Shown here piece by piece: positions 1-8,746 of a stretch of DNA of 32,000 nucleotides; the stretch's first letter is position 1; every line of letters starts with the position of its first letter. The position numbers and the translations under genes were made by a program. The notes under the pieces were generated by a model. That model did not search any database, was not told the DNA's origin, and saw only the letters and a list, made by a program, of their open reading frames with translations. The stretch spans positions 3,210,001 through 3,242,000 of the forward strand of contig NZ_LN831039.1 in assembly GCF_001457595.1 (NCBI RefSeq), written 5' to 3'. The stretch is from Mycolicibacterium smegmatis. Lineage in GTDB: Bacteria; Actinomycetota; Actinomycetes; Mycobacteriales; Mycobacteriaceae.

Positions 1-627
<627 letters not shown>

Positions 628-630
<3 letters not shown>

Positions 631-648
631 CACCTTCGGCCGGCGTCA
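628..648. terminator. Imperfect hairpin spanning both stop codons of a convergent gene pair (possible bidirectional terminator)
   Basis: TGACACC (628-634) and GGCGTCA (642-648) pair over 7 bp with one A/C mismatch and a 7-nt loop. The arms contain the TGA of the plus-strand gene and the TCA (TGA on the minus strand) of the GNAT gene. There is no U tract. Confidence 0.25.
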
Positions 649-1128
649 CCCGACGGACAGGGCCATCGCGAGTTCGCGGGCCTCGGCGACGTTGCCCGCG
701 TCGCACACCCCGAAACCCAGATCCTCGTAGATGCTGCGTGCCACGGTGTTGTCGGCGGCCACGCGCAGGCGGATCGTGTGCACGCGGCAGTCCCGGGCCC
801 AGGCCACCGCGGCGCTGATCAGGCGGTGGCCGAGTCCGCAGTTGCGTGCCGAAGGATCGACCCACAGCGAATACAGGTAGATGGCGTCGGGGTTCTGGTA
901 CTGCGCGCCGATCAGGCCGGCCACCCGCCCGTCGATCACGGCCGCGAACTGCGCGTGTTCGCACAGTCGCCTGCGCCACTGGCTCGCGGTGAACCTGGCC
1001 TCCTGGCGGTAGTGCGGGTCGTCGGCGCCCAGCGAGTCGGCCAGCGCGCGCAGCCGGATCGTCGAGAACAGCCGCCAGTCGGCGGGCGTCAACCGCATCA
1101 CATCCACGGTCACCGGAGTACCCGTCAT
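646..1128 (-). CDS. GNAT-family N-acetyltransferase
   Basis: The ORF is 160 aa. The motif-A-like region YLYSLWVDPSARNCGLGHRLISAAVAWA and the C-terminal NTVARSIYEDLGF are characteristic of the GNAT fold. Its ATG overlaps the stop of the upstream ggt gene (ATGA at 1125-1128). Confidence 0.8.
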   Translation of the reverse strand: MTGTPVTVDVMRLTPADWRLFSTIRLRALADSLGADDPHYRQEARFTASQWRRRLCEHAQFAAVIDGRVAGLIGAQYQNPDAIYLYSLWVDPSARNCGLGHRLISAAVAWARDCRVHTIRLRVAADNTVARSIYEDLGFGVCDAGNVAEARELAMALSVG

Positions 1129-3086
1129 CCCGGGTCACCCATCACGAGTCCCTCCCGGCGTGGATCGGCACCGCCGATCCACCCGGATTCGGTCCGTGCG
1201 ATCGCCGACAGCCCGCTGGACTGATCGTCGAGGTTGACGTCGTGGCCCAGCCGGCGCAGTCCGCGCACGAGCGGATCGTGATCGCCGTTGTCGGACGTGT
1301 CGACGTTGGGGTGTTCGCCGCCCACGTTGGTCTTGGGGGTGTTGGCGGCCCCGAAGTCGACCATCGACACCGCCTGCTGCGGGTCGAGGCCCCAATCGAG
1401 AAGGCCGACAACGGTTTTGACGACGAACTGGATGATGACCGAGCCGCCCGGCGATCCCAGGACCGCGTACAGTGGCCCGCGTTCACCGCCGTCATGGTCG
1501 AAGATCAACGTGGGCGCCATGGTGCTGCGGGGGCGTTTGCCGGGTTCCACCCGGTTGGGGATCGGCGTGCCCTCGGGGCTGACCGGTTCGGCGGAGAAGT
1601 CGGTGAGCTGGTTGTTGAGCAGGAACCCGTCGACCATGTGGAACGAGCCGAACGCCGATTCCACGGTGGTGGTCAGCGCGGCCGCGTTGCCGAAGCTGTC
1701 GATGATGCTGACCTGGCTGGTGCCGTGTTCGCGGACCGGCGCCGCGGTGACCGGTGGTCCGAAGCTGCCCGGTTGCGCGGTGCCCATCGTGCGGTCCTCG
1801 GAGATCAGTGCGGCCCGACCGGTCAGATAGGCGCTGTCCAGCAGCGTGTTCGGGGAACCACCGGGCAGCGCGACGAAGTCGGTGTCGGCGACGTAGCGGT
1901 CCCGGTCGGCGTACGCGAGACGCTCGGCCTCCGAGATGAGGTGCACGCCCATGACCGTGGGATGTCCGCCGTTGCGGTCGAGGTCGGTGGGCCGGTGTTG
2001 CTTCATCGCGAAGTGCTCGAGGATGCCGAGTGTGGCGGCCACCGCGATGCCTCCTGACGACGGTGGTGGCATCCCGCAGATCTCGCGGCCCCGGTACGTC
2101 GTGCACAGCGGGTCGCGGGTCTTGACGGTGTAGGTGGCGAGGTCGTTCTCGGTGAGCAGCGACGGCGTGCGCCCGCCTGACGTGTCGGCCGCCGCGGCGA
2201 CGATCGCGCGGGCGATGTCGCCGGTGTAGAACGCGTCCGCGCCGTCGGTTGCGATGGCGCCAAGCGTCTTCGCGTAGGCGGGATTGGTCAGCCGCGTTCC
2301 GACGCGCTTGGGTGTGCCGTCCTGGTTGAGGAAGTAGGCCGACGCTTCCGGATCGAGGCGAAGCTGGGGCGCGGCGTCGAGCAGTGCCGCGGCCAGGCGC
2401 GGGCTGATGTCGAAGCCGCGGTCGGCGAGGTTGACGGCGGGGTCGAACAGTTCGCGCCACGCCTTCTTGCCGTACTCGCGGTGCACCACGTCCAGCAGGC
2501 GCACGATGCCGGGCACCCCGATCGACCGGCCCGAAGCGCGCGCATCGGGTCTCGGTTCGGTGCGATCGGCCTCGGAGATCCATCGCAGGTAGTTCTCGGT
2601 GGCCGCGGCCGGTGCGGTCTCGCGGCCGTCGAAGGCGCGTACCGCGCCCGTGGCGGCGTCGTGATAGAGCAGGAACCCGCCGCCGCCGAGGCCGGACGCC
2701 TGCGGTTCCACCAGGCCCAGCACGGCCTGTGCGGTGATGAGGGCGTCCGCGGCGGTGCCGCCGTCGCGCAGCACCTTGCACGCGGCCTCGGTGGCCAGCG
2801 GATTCGCGGTGGCCACCGCGTACGTCGCGGTGCGCACCGCGGTCATGTCGGTGCGGTAGCCCGTGGCCACCTCGGGTTGCGTCGCGATGTCGCGTCCGGC
2901 AGGCGCGCCGGGAGGTGGCGGTGGTGATTCCGGGGTTTTCGGTACGGGTGTGCCGTTCGACACAATCTCGCACGGGCCGGGGGCGGGCCGACGTGGGCGT
3001 TCGGCGCCGTCGGAGCACCCTGACGCGATCAGCACGACGCCACTGAGCAGGGCGATGACCGCACGCGCGGACCCCAGCAATCGCAC
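1125..3086 (-). CDS. ggt: Gamma-glutamyltransferase, predicted lipoprotein
   Basis: The ORF is 653 aa. The N-terminal signal peptide carries a lipobox (VLIASGC) followed by a Pro-rich linker. GGT hallmarks are present: GLGGGGF, the autoprocessing/catalytic site [23 protein letters not shown], and the C-terminal GSPGGSVII. The start codon is GTG at 3086, and nearby alternatives are possible. Confidence 0.85.
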   Translation of the reverse strand: MRLLGSARAVIALLSGVVLIASGCSDGAERPRRPAPGPCEIVSNGTPVPKTPESPPPPPGAPAGRDIATQPEVATGYRTDMTAVRTATYAVATANPLATEAACKVLRDGGTAADALITAQAVLGLVEPQASGLGGGGFLLYHDAATGAVRAFDGRETAPAAATENYLRWISEADRTEPRPDARASGRSIGVPGIVRLLDVVHREYGKKAWRELFDPAVNLADRGFDISPRLAAALLDAAPQLRLDPEASAYFLNQDGTPKRVGTRLTNPAYAKTLGAIATDGADAFYTGDIARAIVAAAADTSGGRTPSLLTENDLATYTVKTRDPLCTTYRGREICGMPPPSSGGIAVAATLGILEHFAMKQHRPTDLDRNGGHPTVMGVHLISEAERLAYADRDRYVADTDFVALPGGSPNTLLDSAYLTGRAALISEDRTMGTAQPGSFGPPVTAAPVREHGTSQVSIIDSFGNAAALTTTVESAFGSFHMVDGFLLNNQLTDFSAEPVSPEGTPIPNRVEPGKRPRSTMAPTLIFDHDGGERGPLYAVLGSPGGSVIIQFVVKTVVGLLDWGLDPQQAVSMVDFGAANTPKTNVGGEHPNVDTSDNGDHDPLVRGLRRLGHDVNLDDQSSGLSAIARTESGWIGGADPRREGLVMGDPG

Positions 3087-3106
3087 ACCTCGACGGTAGC
3101 GGAGTT

Positions 3107-3129
3107 CCGTCGGATCGCGGCAGTAACCT
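3107..3129 (+). promoter_or_regulatory. Candidate uvrC promoter: -10 hexamer TAACCT plus an upstream partial RecA-NDp/PafBC-type motif
   Basis: TAACCT (3124-3129) fits the mycobacterial TANNNT -10 and ends 7 nt before the GTG start at 3137, which implies a leaderless mRNA. CCGTCGGAT (3107-3115) lies exactly 8 nt upstream of the hexamer. As I recall the consensus (tTGTCRgtg-N8-TAnnnT), it matches 5 of 9 positions, with the GTCGg core retained. Confidence 0.3.
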
Positions 3130-3136
3130 GGAAACC

Positions 3137-5257
3137 GTGCCCGATCCAGCGACGTACCGGCCCGCGCCCGGGTCGATACCCGTGGAGCCGGGTGTCTACC
3201 GATTCCGTGACCCCCACGGCCGGGTCATCTACGTGGGCAAGGCCAAGAGCCTGCGCAGCCGGCTGACGTCGTACTTCGCCGACATCACCAGCCTGGCGCC
3301 GCGCACCCGCCAGATGGTGATGACGGCGGGCAGCGTCGAGTGGACCGTGGTGACCACCGAAGTCGAGGCGCTGCAGCTCGAATACAACTGGATCAAGGAA
3401 TTCGATCCGCGCTTCAACGTCCGCTACCGCGACGACAAGTCCTATCCGGTGCTGGCCGTCACGCTCAACGAGGAGTACCCGCGGCTCATGGTGTACCGCG
3501 GACCACGGCGCAAGGGTGTGCGGTACTTCGGCCCGTACTCGCACGCGTGGGCCATCCGCGAGACACTCGACCTGCTGACCCGCGTCTTCCCTGCGCGCAC
3601 GTGCTCGGCGGGAGTGTTCAAGCGGCACAAGCAGATCGACCGGCCGTGTCTGCTGGGCTACATCGACAAGTGCTCGGCGCCGTGTGTGGGGCGGGTCTCG
3701 GCCGAGCAGCACCGGCAGATCGTGCTCGATTTCTGCGACTTCCTGGGCGGCAAGACCGACCGGCTGGCCAAGGACATGGAGCAGCAGATGACGGCCGCCG
3801 CCGAGCAACTGGATTTCGAGCGCGCGGCGCGCCTGCGCGACGACATCTCGGCGCTCAAACGGGCTTTGGAGAAACAGGCCGTGGTGTTCGGTGACGGCAC
3901 CGACGCCGACGTCGTCGCGTTCGCCGACGACGATCTGGAGGCCGCGGTGCAGGTCTTCCACGTGCGTGGCGGCCGTGTGCGCGGCCAGCGCGGCTGGATC
4001 GTGGAGAAGTCCTCGGAGCCTGCGGCGACGGGTGACGCAGACCTCGGACAGTCGGGCCAGGAACAACTCGTCGAGCAGTTCCTCACCCAGTTCTACGGCG
4101 AGCAGGCCGAACTCGGCAGTGCCAGCGACACCGGCGGCGACGAGGCGACCAATCCCGTACCGCGGCAGGTGCTGGTGCCGGTGCTGCCGCCCAACGCCGA
4201 CGAGCTGGCCACGTGGTTGTCCGGGCTGCGCGGTTCGCGCGTGAGCCTGCGGGTGCCTGTGCGCGGTGACAAACGTGCGCTGGCCGAAACCGTGCAGCGC
4301 AATGCGCAGGAGGCGCTCGCGCAGCACAAGCTCAAGCGCGCGGGCGACTTCAACGCGAGATCGGAAGCCCTGCAGAGCATTCAGGAGGCGCTCGGGCTCG
4401 CCGACGCGCCGTTGCGCATCGAGTGCGTCGACATCAGCCACGTGCAGGGCACCGATGTGGTGGCCTCGCTCGTGGTGTTCGAGGACGGGCTGCCCCGCAA
4501 ATCCGACTACCGGCACTACGCGATCCGCGAGGCCGCAGGCGACGGCCGGTCCGACGACGTCGCGTCCATCGCCGAGGTGACGCGACGCCGGTTCCTGCGG
4601 CACACGTCCGACTCGCAGCCGGATCCCAGCGCCGAGCAGCGTCCGCGCCGATTCGCCTACCCGCCCAACCTTTTCGTCGTCGACGGCGGTGCGCCCCAGG
4701 TGAACGCGGCCGCCGCGGTCCTCGAGGAACTCGGTGTCGACGACGTCGCCGTGGTCGGCCTGGCCAAACGGCTCGAAGAGGTGTGGGTGCCTGCAGAGCC
4801 GGACCCGGTGATCCTGCCGCGCAACAGCGAGGGCCTGTACCTGCTGCAGCGCGTGCGTGACGAGGCCCACCGGTTCGCGATCAGCTATCACCGCAGCAAG
4901 CGGTCCAAGCGCATGACGGCCTCCGCGCTCGATTCGGTGCGCGGTCTCGGCGAACACCGCCGCAAGGCGCTCGTCGCGCACTTCGGGTCCGTGGCCCGGC
5001 TCAAGGAGGCCTCCGTGGACGAGATCACCGCGGTGCCCGGCATCGGCGTCGCCACCGCGCGGGCCGTGCAGGAGGCGCTGGGGGTGGCGCCCCAGAACGG
5101 CACCGCGCCCGAGGCGCAAGACGAGATCGGCGACCCGCAAACACCCGCGGACCCGCATTCGGCGGCAACCGACGCCGATATCGAGGATGATCGACACGCG
5201 ACAGGGGCAACAGGGCCCCGGATGAACGGGAGCGAACAACAGGTGGACCGGGTATGA
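3137..5257 (+). CDS. uvrC: Excinuclease ABC subunit C
   Basis: The ORF is 706 aa. The N-terminal GIY-YIG domain is present (PGVYRFRD...[18 protein letters not shown]...[18 protein letters not shown]). So are a UVR domain ([14 protein letters not shown]), the endonuclease domain (IECVDISH) and a C-terminal (HhH)2 ([40 protein letters not shown]). Confidence 0.95.
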   Translation: MPDPATYRPAPGSIPVEPGVYRFRDPHGRVIYVGKAKSLRSRLTSYFADITSLAPRTRQMVMTAGSVEWTVVTTEVEALQLEYNWIKEFDPRFNVRYRDDKSYPVLAVTLNEEYPRLMVYRGPRRKGVRYFGPYSHAWAIRETLDLLTRVFPARTCSAGVFKRHKQIDRPCLLGYIDKCSAPCVGRVSAEQHRQIVLDFCDFLGGKTDRLAKDMEQQMTAAAEQLDFERAARLRDDISALKRALEKQAVVFGDGTDADVVAFADDDLEAAVQVFHVRGGRVRGQRGWIVEKSSEPAATGDADLGQSGQEQLVEQFLTQFYGEQAELGSASDTGGDEATNPVPRQVLVPVLPPNADELATWLSGLRGSRVSLRVPVRGDKRALAETVQRNAQEALAQHKLKRAGDFNARSEALQSIQEALGLADAPLRIECVDISHVQGTDVVASLVVFEDGLPRKSDYRHYAIREAAGDGRSDDVASIAEVTRRRFLRHTSDSQPDPSAEQRPRRFAYPPNLFVVDGGAPQVNAAAAVLEELGVDDVAVVGLAKRLEEVWVPAEPDPVILPRNSEGLYLLQRVRDEAHRFAISYHRSKRSKRMTASALDSVRGLGEHRRKALVAHFGSVARLKEASVDEITAVPGIGVATARAVQEALGVAPQNGTAPEAQDEIGDPQTPADPHSAATDADIEDDRHATGATGPRMNGSEQQVDRV

Positions 5258-5288
5258 GGGCTGTGGTCACCCCGGAGGCCGATTGTCC

Positions 5289-6230
5289 ATGAGCGAAATG
5301 ATGCGGAACAGCTCGTCGGGAGTTTCATCAGGGGGCGCATCAGAAAAGGACGGCGTGGAGTCACACGAAGGTATCGACGTGGTGTTGGTGACCGGCCTGT
5401 CGGGCGCCGGGCGCGGCACCGCGGCCAAGGTGCTCGAGGACCTCGGGTGGTACGTCGCCGACAACCTGCCCCCGGAGCTGATCGCCCGCATGGTCGACCT
5501 CGGCCTGGCGGCCGGGTCGCGGATCACCCAGCTCGCGGTGGTCATGGACGTGCGGTCCAAGGGTTTCACGGGCGATCTCGACTGGGTGCGCAACGAACTG
5601 GCGACCCGCAACATCGCCCCGCGCGTGCTGTTCATGGAGGCATCCGACGACATCCTGGTGCGGCGCTACGAACAGAACCGGCGCAGTCACCCGCTGCAGG
5701 GCACGCAGACGCTGGCCGAGGGGATCGCGGCCGAGCGGGCCATGCTGGCGCCTGTGCGTGCGGCGGCCGACCTGGTGATCGACACGTCGACGCTGCCGGT
5801 GCCCGCGCTGCGCGAGAGCATCGAGCGCGCGTTCGGCGGCGAGACCGTGGCCTACACCAACGTCACCGTGGAGTCGTTCGGCTACAAGTACGGGCTGCCG
5901 ATGGACGCCGACACGGTCATGGACGTGCGGTTCCTGCCCAACCCGCACTGGGTGGACGAACTGCGCCCGCACAGCGGCCAGCATCCCGATGTGCGCGACT
6001 ACGTGCTCGGTCAACCGGGCGCCCTGGAGTTCCTCGACACCTACCATCGGCTGTTGGACGTGGTGATCGACGGATATCGACGGGAGGGGAAGCGCTATAT
6101 GACCGTCGCGATCGGGTGCACGGGCGGCAAGCACCGCAGCGTCGCCATCGCCGAGGCGCTGGCCGAGCGCCTGGAGGGCGGCGACGGGCTCACCGTGCGC
6201 GTGCTGCACCGGGACCTGGGTCGCGAATGA
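5289..6230 (+). CDS. rapZ: RNase adapter / nucleotide-binding protein RapZ (YvcJ family)
   Basis: The P-loop GLSGAGRGTAAK is present, along with conserved RapZ blocks VESFGYKYGLPMDADTVMDVRFLPNPHW and IGCTGGKHRSVAIAE. The ATG at 5289 lies 10 nt after GGAGG (5274-5278). The ORF track starts at TTG 5283, which is an alternative start. Confidence 0.9.
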   Translation: MSEMMRNSSSGVSSGGASEKDGVESHEGIDVVLVTGLSGAGRGTAAKVLEDLGWYVADNLPPELIARMVDLGLAAGSRITQLAVVMDVRSKGFTGDLDWVRNELATRNIAPRVLFMEASDDILVRRYEQNRRSHPLQGTQTLAEGIAAERAMLAPVRAAADLVIDTSTLPVPALRESIERAFGGETVAYTNVTVESFGYKYGLPMDADTVMDVRFLPNPHWVDELRPHSGQHPDVRDYVLGQPGALEFLDTYHRLLDVVIDGYRREGKRYMTVAIGCTGGKHRSVAIAEALAERLEGGDGLTVRVLHRDLGRE

Positions 6231-7291
6231 CACCACGCATCGTCGCCCTCGGAGGAGGGCACGGGTTGTACGCGACGTTGTCGGCCGCGCGCAGGCTCAC
6301 ACCCCACGTGACCGCGGTGGTGACGGTCGCCGACGACGGTGGATCGTCGGGACGCCTGCGCAGCGAACTCGACATCGTGCCGCCGGGTGATCTGCGAATG
6401 GCGCTGGCCGCGTTGGCATCCGACAGCCCGCACGGGCGGCTGTGGGCCACGATCATCCAGCACCGGTTCGGCGGCAGCGGTGCTTTGGCCGGTCATCCGA
6501 TCGGCAACCTGATCCTCGCGGGGCTCAACGAGGTGCTGGCCGATCCGGTCGCCGCCCTCGACGAACTGGGTCGCATCCTCGGTGTCAAGGGACGCGTGCT
6601 GCCCATGTGCCCGATCGCGCTGCAGATCGAGGCCGATGTCTCCGGGCTGGAGTCCGACCCGCGGATGAGCCGCGTGATCCGCGGTCAGGTGGCGATAGCG
6701 ACCACGGTCGGCAAGGTTCGCCGCGTGCGGTTGTTGCCGGGCGATCCGCCGGCCACGCGGCAGGCGGTCGAGGCGATCATGTCGGCCGATCTCGTGGTGC
6801 TCGGTCCGGGGTCGTGGTTCACGAGTGTGATCCCGCACGTGCTGGTACCGGAACTGGCGGCCGCGCTGCGCGAAACAAGCGCCAGAAGGGCGTTGGTGCT
6901 GAATCTGGCGGCCGAACCGGGCGAGACGGCGGGCTTCTCCGCCGAGCGCCACCTCCACGTGCTGAGCCAGCATGCACCCGACTTCCGCGTCCATGACATC
7001 ATCGTCGATGCCAGTCGCGTTCCCAGCGACCGGGAGCGCGAGCAGCTCAGCCGCACGGCCAACATTCTCGAGGCCCGCGTCGAGTTTGCTGACGTATCTC
7101 GACCTGGTACACCTTTACATGACCCGGCACGTTTGGCCGCGGTACTGGAGGGGGTCCGGTTGCGTGCGTCTGCGCCCGGTTCGAGCGTGCAGGAACGGAC
7201 TGTGCCAACGCCCACCGCCCGATCGGTCGACGCCGCGCGTCGTGATCAGGCACCACCGGACAGATCGAGAGGGGATGCCCCGTGGCGATGA
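6227..7291 (+). CDS. cuvA: Gluconeogenesis-factor / YvcK-family protein (mycobacterial CuvA)
   Basis: It starts [14 protein letters not shown], and the ATG at 6227 overlaps the rapZ stop (ATGA). The YvcK blocks [27 protein letters not shown] and [17 protein letters not shown]-like are present. The upstream part of the 614-aa ORF (5447-6226) is an out-of-frame read through rapZ. Confidence 0.9.
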
Positions 7292-8265
7292 CAGCCGAGG
7301 TGAAGGACGAGCTGAGCCGTCTCGTGGTCAATTCGGTCAGCGCGCGTCGTGCCGAGGTGGCATCGCTTCTGCGTTTTGCCGGCGGCCTGCACATCGTCGC
7401 CGGCCGTGTCGTGGTCGAGGCCGAGGTGGACCTCGGCATCATCGCCCGCCGGTTGCGCAAGGACATCTACGACCTCTACGGGTACAACGCCGTGGTTCAT
7501 GTGTTGTCCGCCAGCGGTATTCGCAAGAACACCCGCTACGTGGTGCGCGTCGCGAACGACGGTGAGGCGCTCGCCCGCCAGACCGGCCTGCTGGACATGC
7601 GCGGACGGCCGGTGCGCGGCCTGCCCGCCCAGGTCGTCGGCGGCAGCGTCGGGGATGCCGAGGCCGCGTGGCGCGGTGCCTTCCTCGCACACGGCTCGCT
7701 CACCGAACCCGGCCGCTCGTCGGCTCTTGAGGTCAGCTGCCCGGGCCCGGAAGCCGCGCTTGCCCTCGTGGGCGCCGCGCGCAGGCTCGGCGTGAGCGCC
7801 AAGGCCCGCGAGGTGCGCGGAAGTGACCGCGTGGTGGTGCGCGACGGCGAGGCGATCGGTGCGCTGTTGACCCGCATGGGCGCGCAGGACACCCGCCTGA
7901 CGTGGGAAGAACGGCGGATGCGCCGCGAGGTGCGCGCCACCGCCAACCGCCTGGCCAACTTCGACGACGCCAACCTGCGCCGCTCGGCCCGCGCCGCGGT
8001 GGCCGCCGCCGCTCGCGTCGAGCGGGCGCTGGAGATCCTGGGCGACAGCGTGCCCGACCACCTGGCCGCCGCGGGCAAGCTGCGTGTCGAGCACCGGCAG
8101 GCCTCACTCGAGGAACTCGGCCGCCTGGCCGATCCGCCGATGACGAAAGACGCTGTGGCCGGCCGGATCAGGCGCCTGCTGTCGATGGCCGACCGCAAGG
8201 CCAAGCAGGAAGGCATCCCCGACACCGAGTCGGCGGTCACACCGGATCTGCTCGACGACGCTTGA
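7282..8265 (+). CDS. whiA: DNA-binding sporulation/cell-division regulator WhiA
   Basis: The ORF is 327 aa and starts [14 protein letters not shown]. It contains the degenerate LAGLIDADG-like domain and a C-terminal HTH ([29 protein letters not shown]). It overlaps the cuvA 3' end by 10 nt. The rapZ-yvcK-whiA order is the conserved Gram-positive arrangement. Confidence 0.95.
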
Positions 8266-8273
8266 ACGCCCGG

Positions 8274-8295
8274 CCGCGGGGGTACCCGTCCGCGG
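8274..8295 (+). terminator. GC-rich hairpin downstream of whiA (candidate intrinsic terminator without a U tail)
   Basis: CCGCGG (8274-8279) and CCGCGG (8290-8295) are self-complementary and can pair. The intervening GGGTACCCGT can add GG/CC pairs. The hairpin begins 9 nt after the whiA stop (8263-8265). Confidence 0.35.
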
Positions 8296-8353
8296 TCGCG
8301 GTGGCTCCGAATACCTGATGTCCGGCGCGGCATCAGAGAGAAGGGGCAGCACT

Positions 8354-8746
8354 GTGTTCAATCAGGTCAGAGAACTCGTCGTCGGCGTCGCCCAGGGCGC
8401 CGCATCGGTGATCGGGTGCCGTGTGGGTACCGAGGAACCGTCGTACCGGGCCGAACAACTCGCCGACGGCGTCGAGTTGCGGCACTACGCTCCGCGGGTG
8501 GCCGCCGAGACCACGGTTGTCACCGGTGACCGCGATGCGGCGCTGCAGGCCGGGTTCCGGCGGTTGGCCGGCTACATCTTCGGCCGTAACCACGGCGGCG
8601 AGATCGGCAACCAGAAGATCGCGATGACCGCGCCGGTGGCACAGGACGGCGACGCCGAGCAGGGCTGGGACGTGCGGTTCTACGCCCCGCCGTGGACGCT
8701 ACCGTTTCTGCGCCGCAACGAAATCGCGATCCCGGTTGATGTGTAG
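8354..8746 (+). CDS. SOUL/HBP heme-binding-family protein, unusually short (apparent internal deletion)
   Basis: The GTG at 8354 lies 7 nt after AGAAGGGG; the ATG at 8318 is an alternative start. It carries family motifs GFRRLAGYIFGRN, KIAMTAPV and the C-terminal FYAPPWTLPFLRRNEIAIPV. It is only 130 aa, and about half of the usual domain between the MTAPV block and the PPW...RRNE tail is missing. Confidence 0.65.
   Translation: MFNQVRELVVGVAQGAASVIGCRVGTEEPSYRAEQLADGVELRHYAPRVAAETTVVTGDRDAALQAGFRRLAGYIFGRNHGGEIGNQKIAMTAPVAQDGDAEQGWDVRFYAPPWTLPFLRRNEIAIPVDV

Noticed and set aside
3087-3136. A LexA SOS box upstream of uvrC.
   Set aside because: No GAAC-N4-GTTC core is present. The only GTTC (3104-3107) has GTAG rather than GAAC at the required upstream position.
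3029-5239. A 736-aa ORF on the minus strand, antisense to the whole of uvrC.
   Set aside because: Its composition is Arg/Gly/Ala/Val/His-rich and low-complexity, with no family motifs. It fully overlaps a gene with unambiguous UvrC domains. This is the typical stop-codon-poor antisense frame of a high-GC genome.
5447-6226. The N-terminal 260 codons of the tracked 614-aa ORF that ends as yvcK/cuvA.
   Set aside because: This part is an alternative frame of rapZ with no similarity to YvcK. The genuine YvcK N-terminus ([13 protein letters not shown]) starts at ATG 6227, overlapping the rapZ stop.
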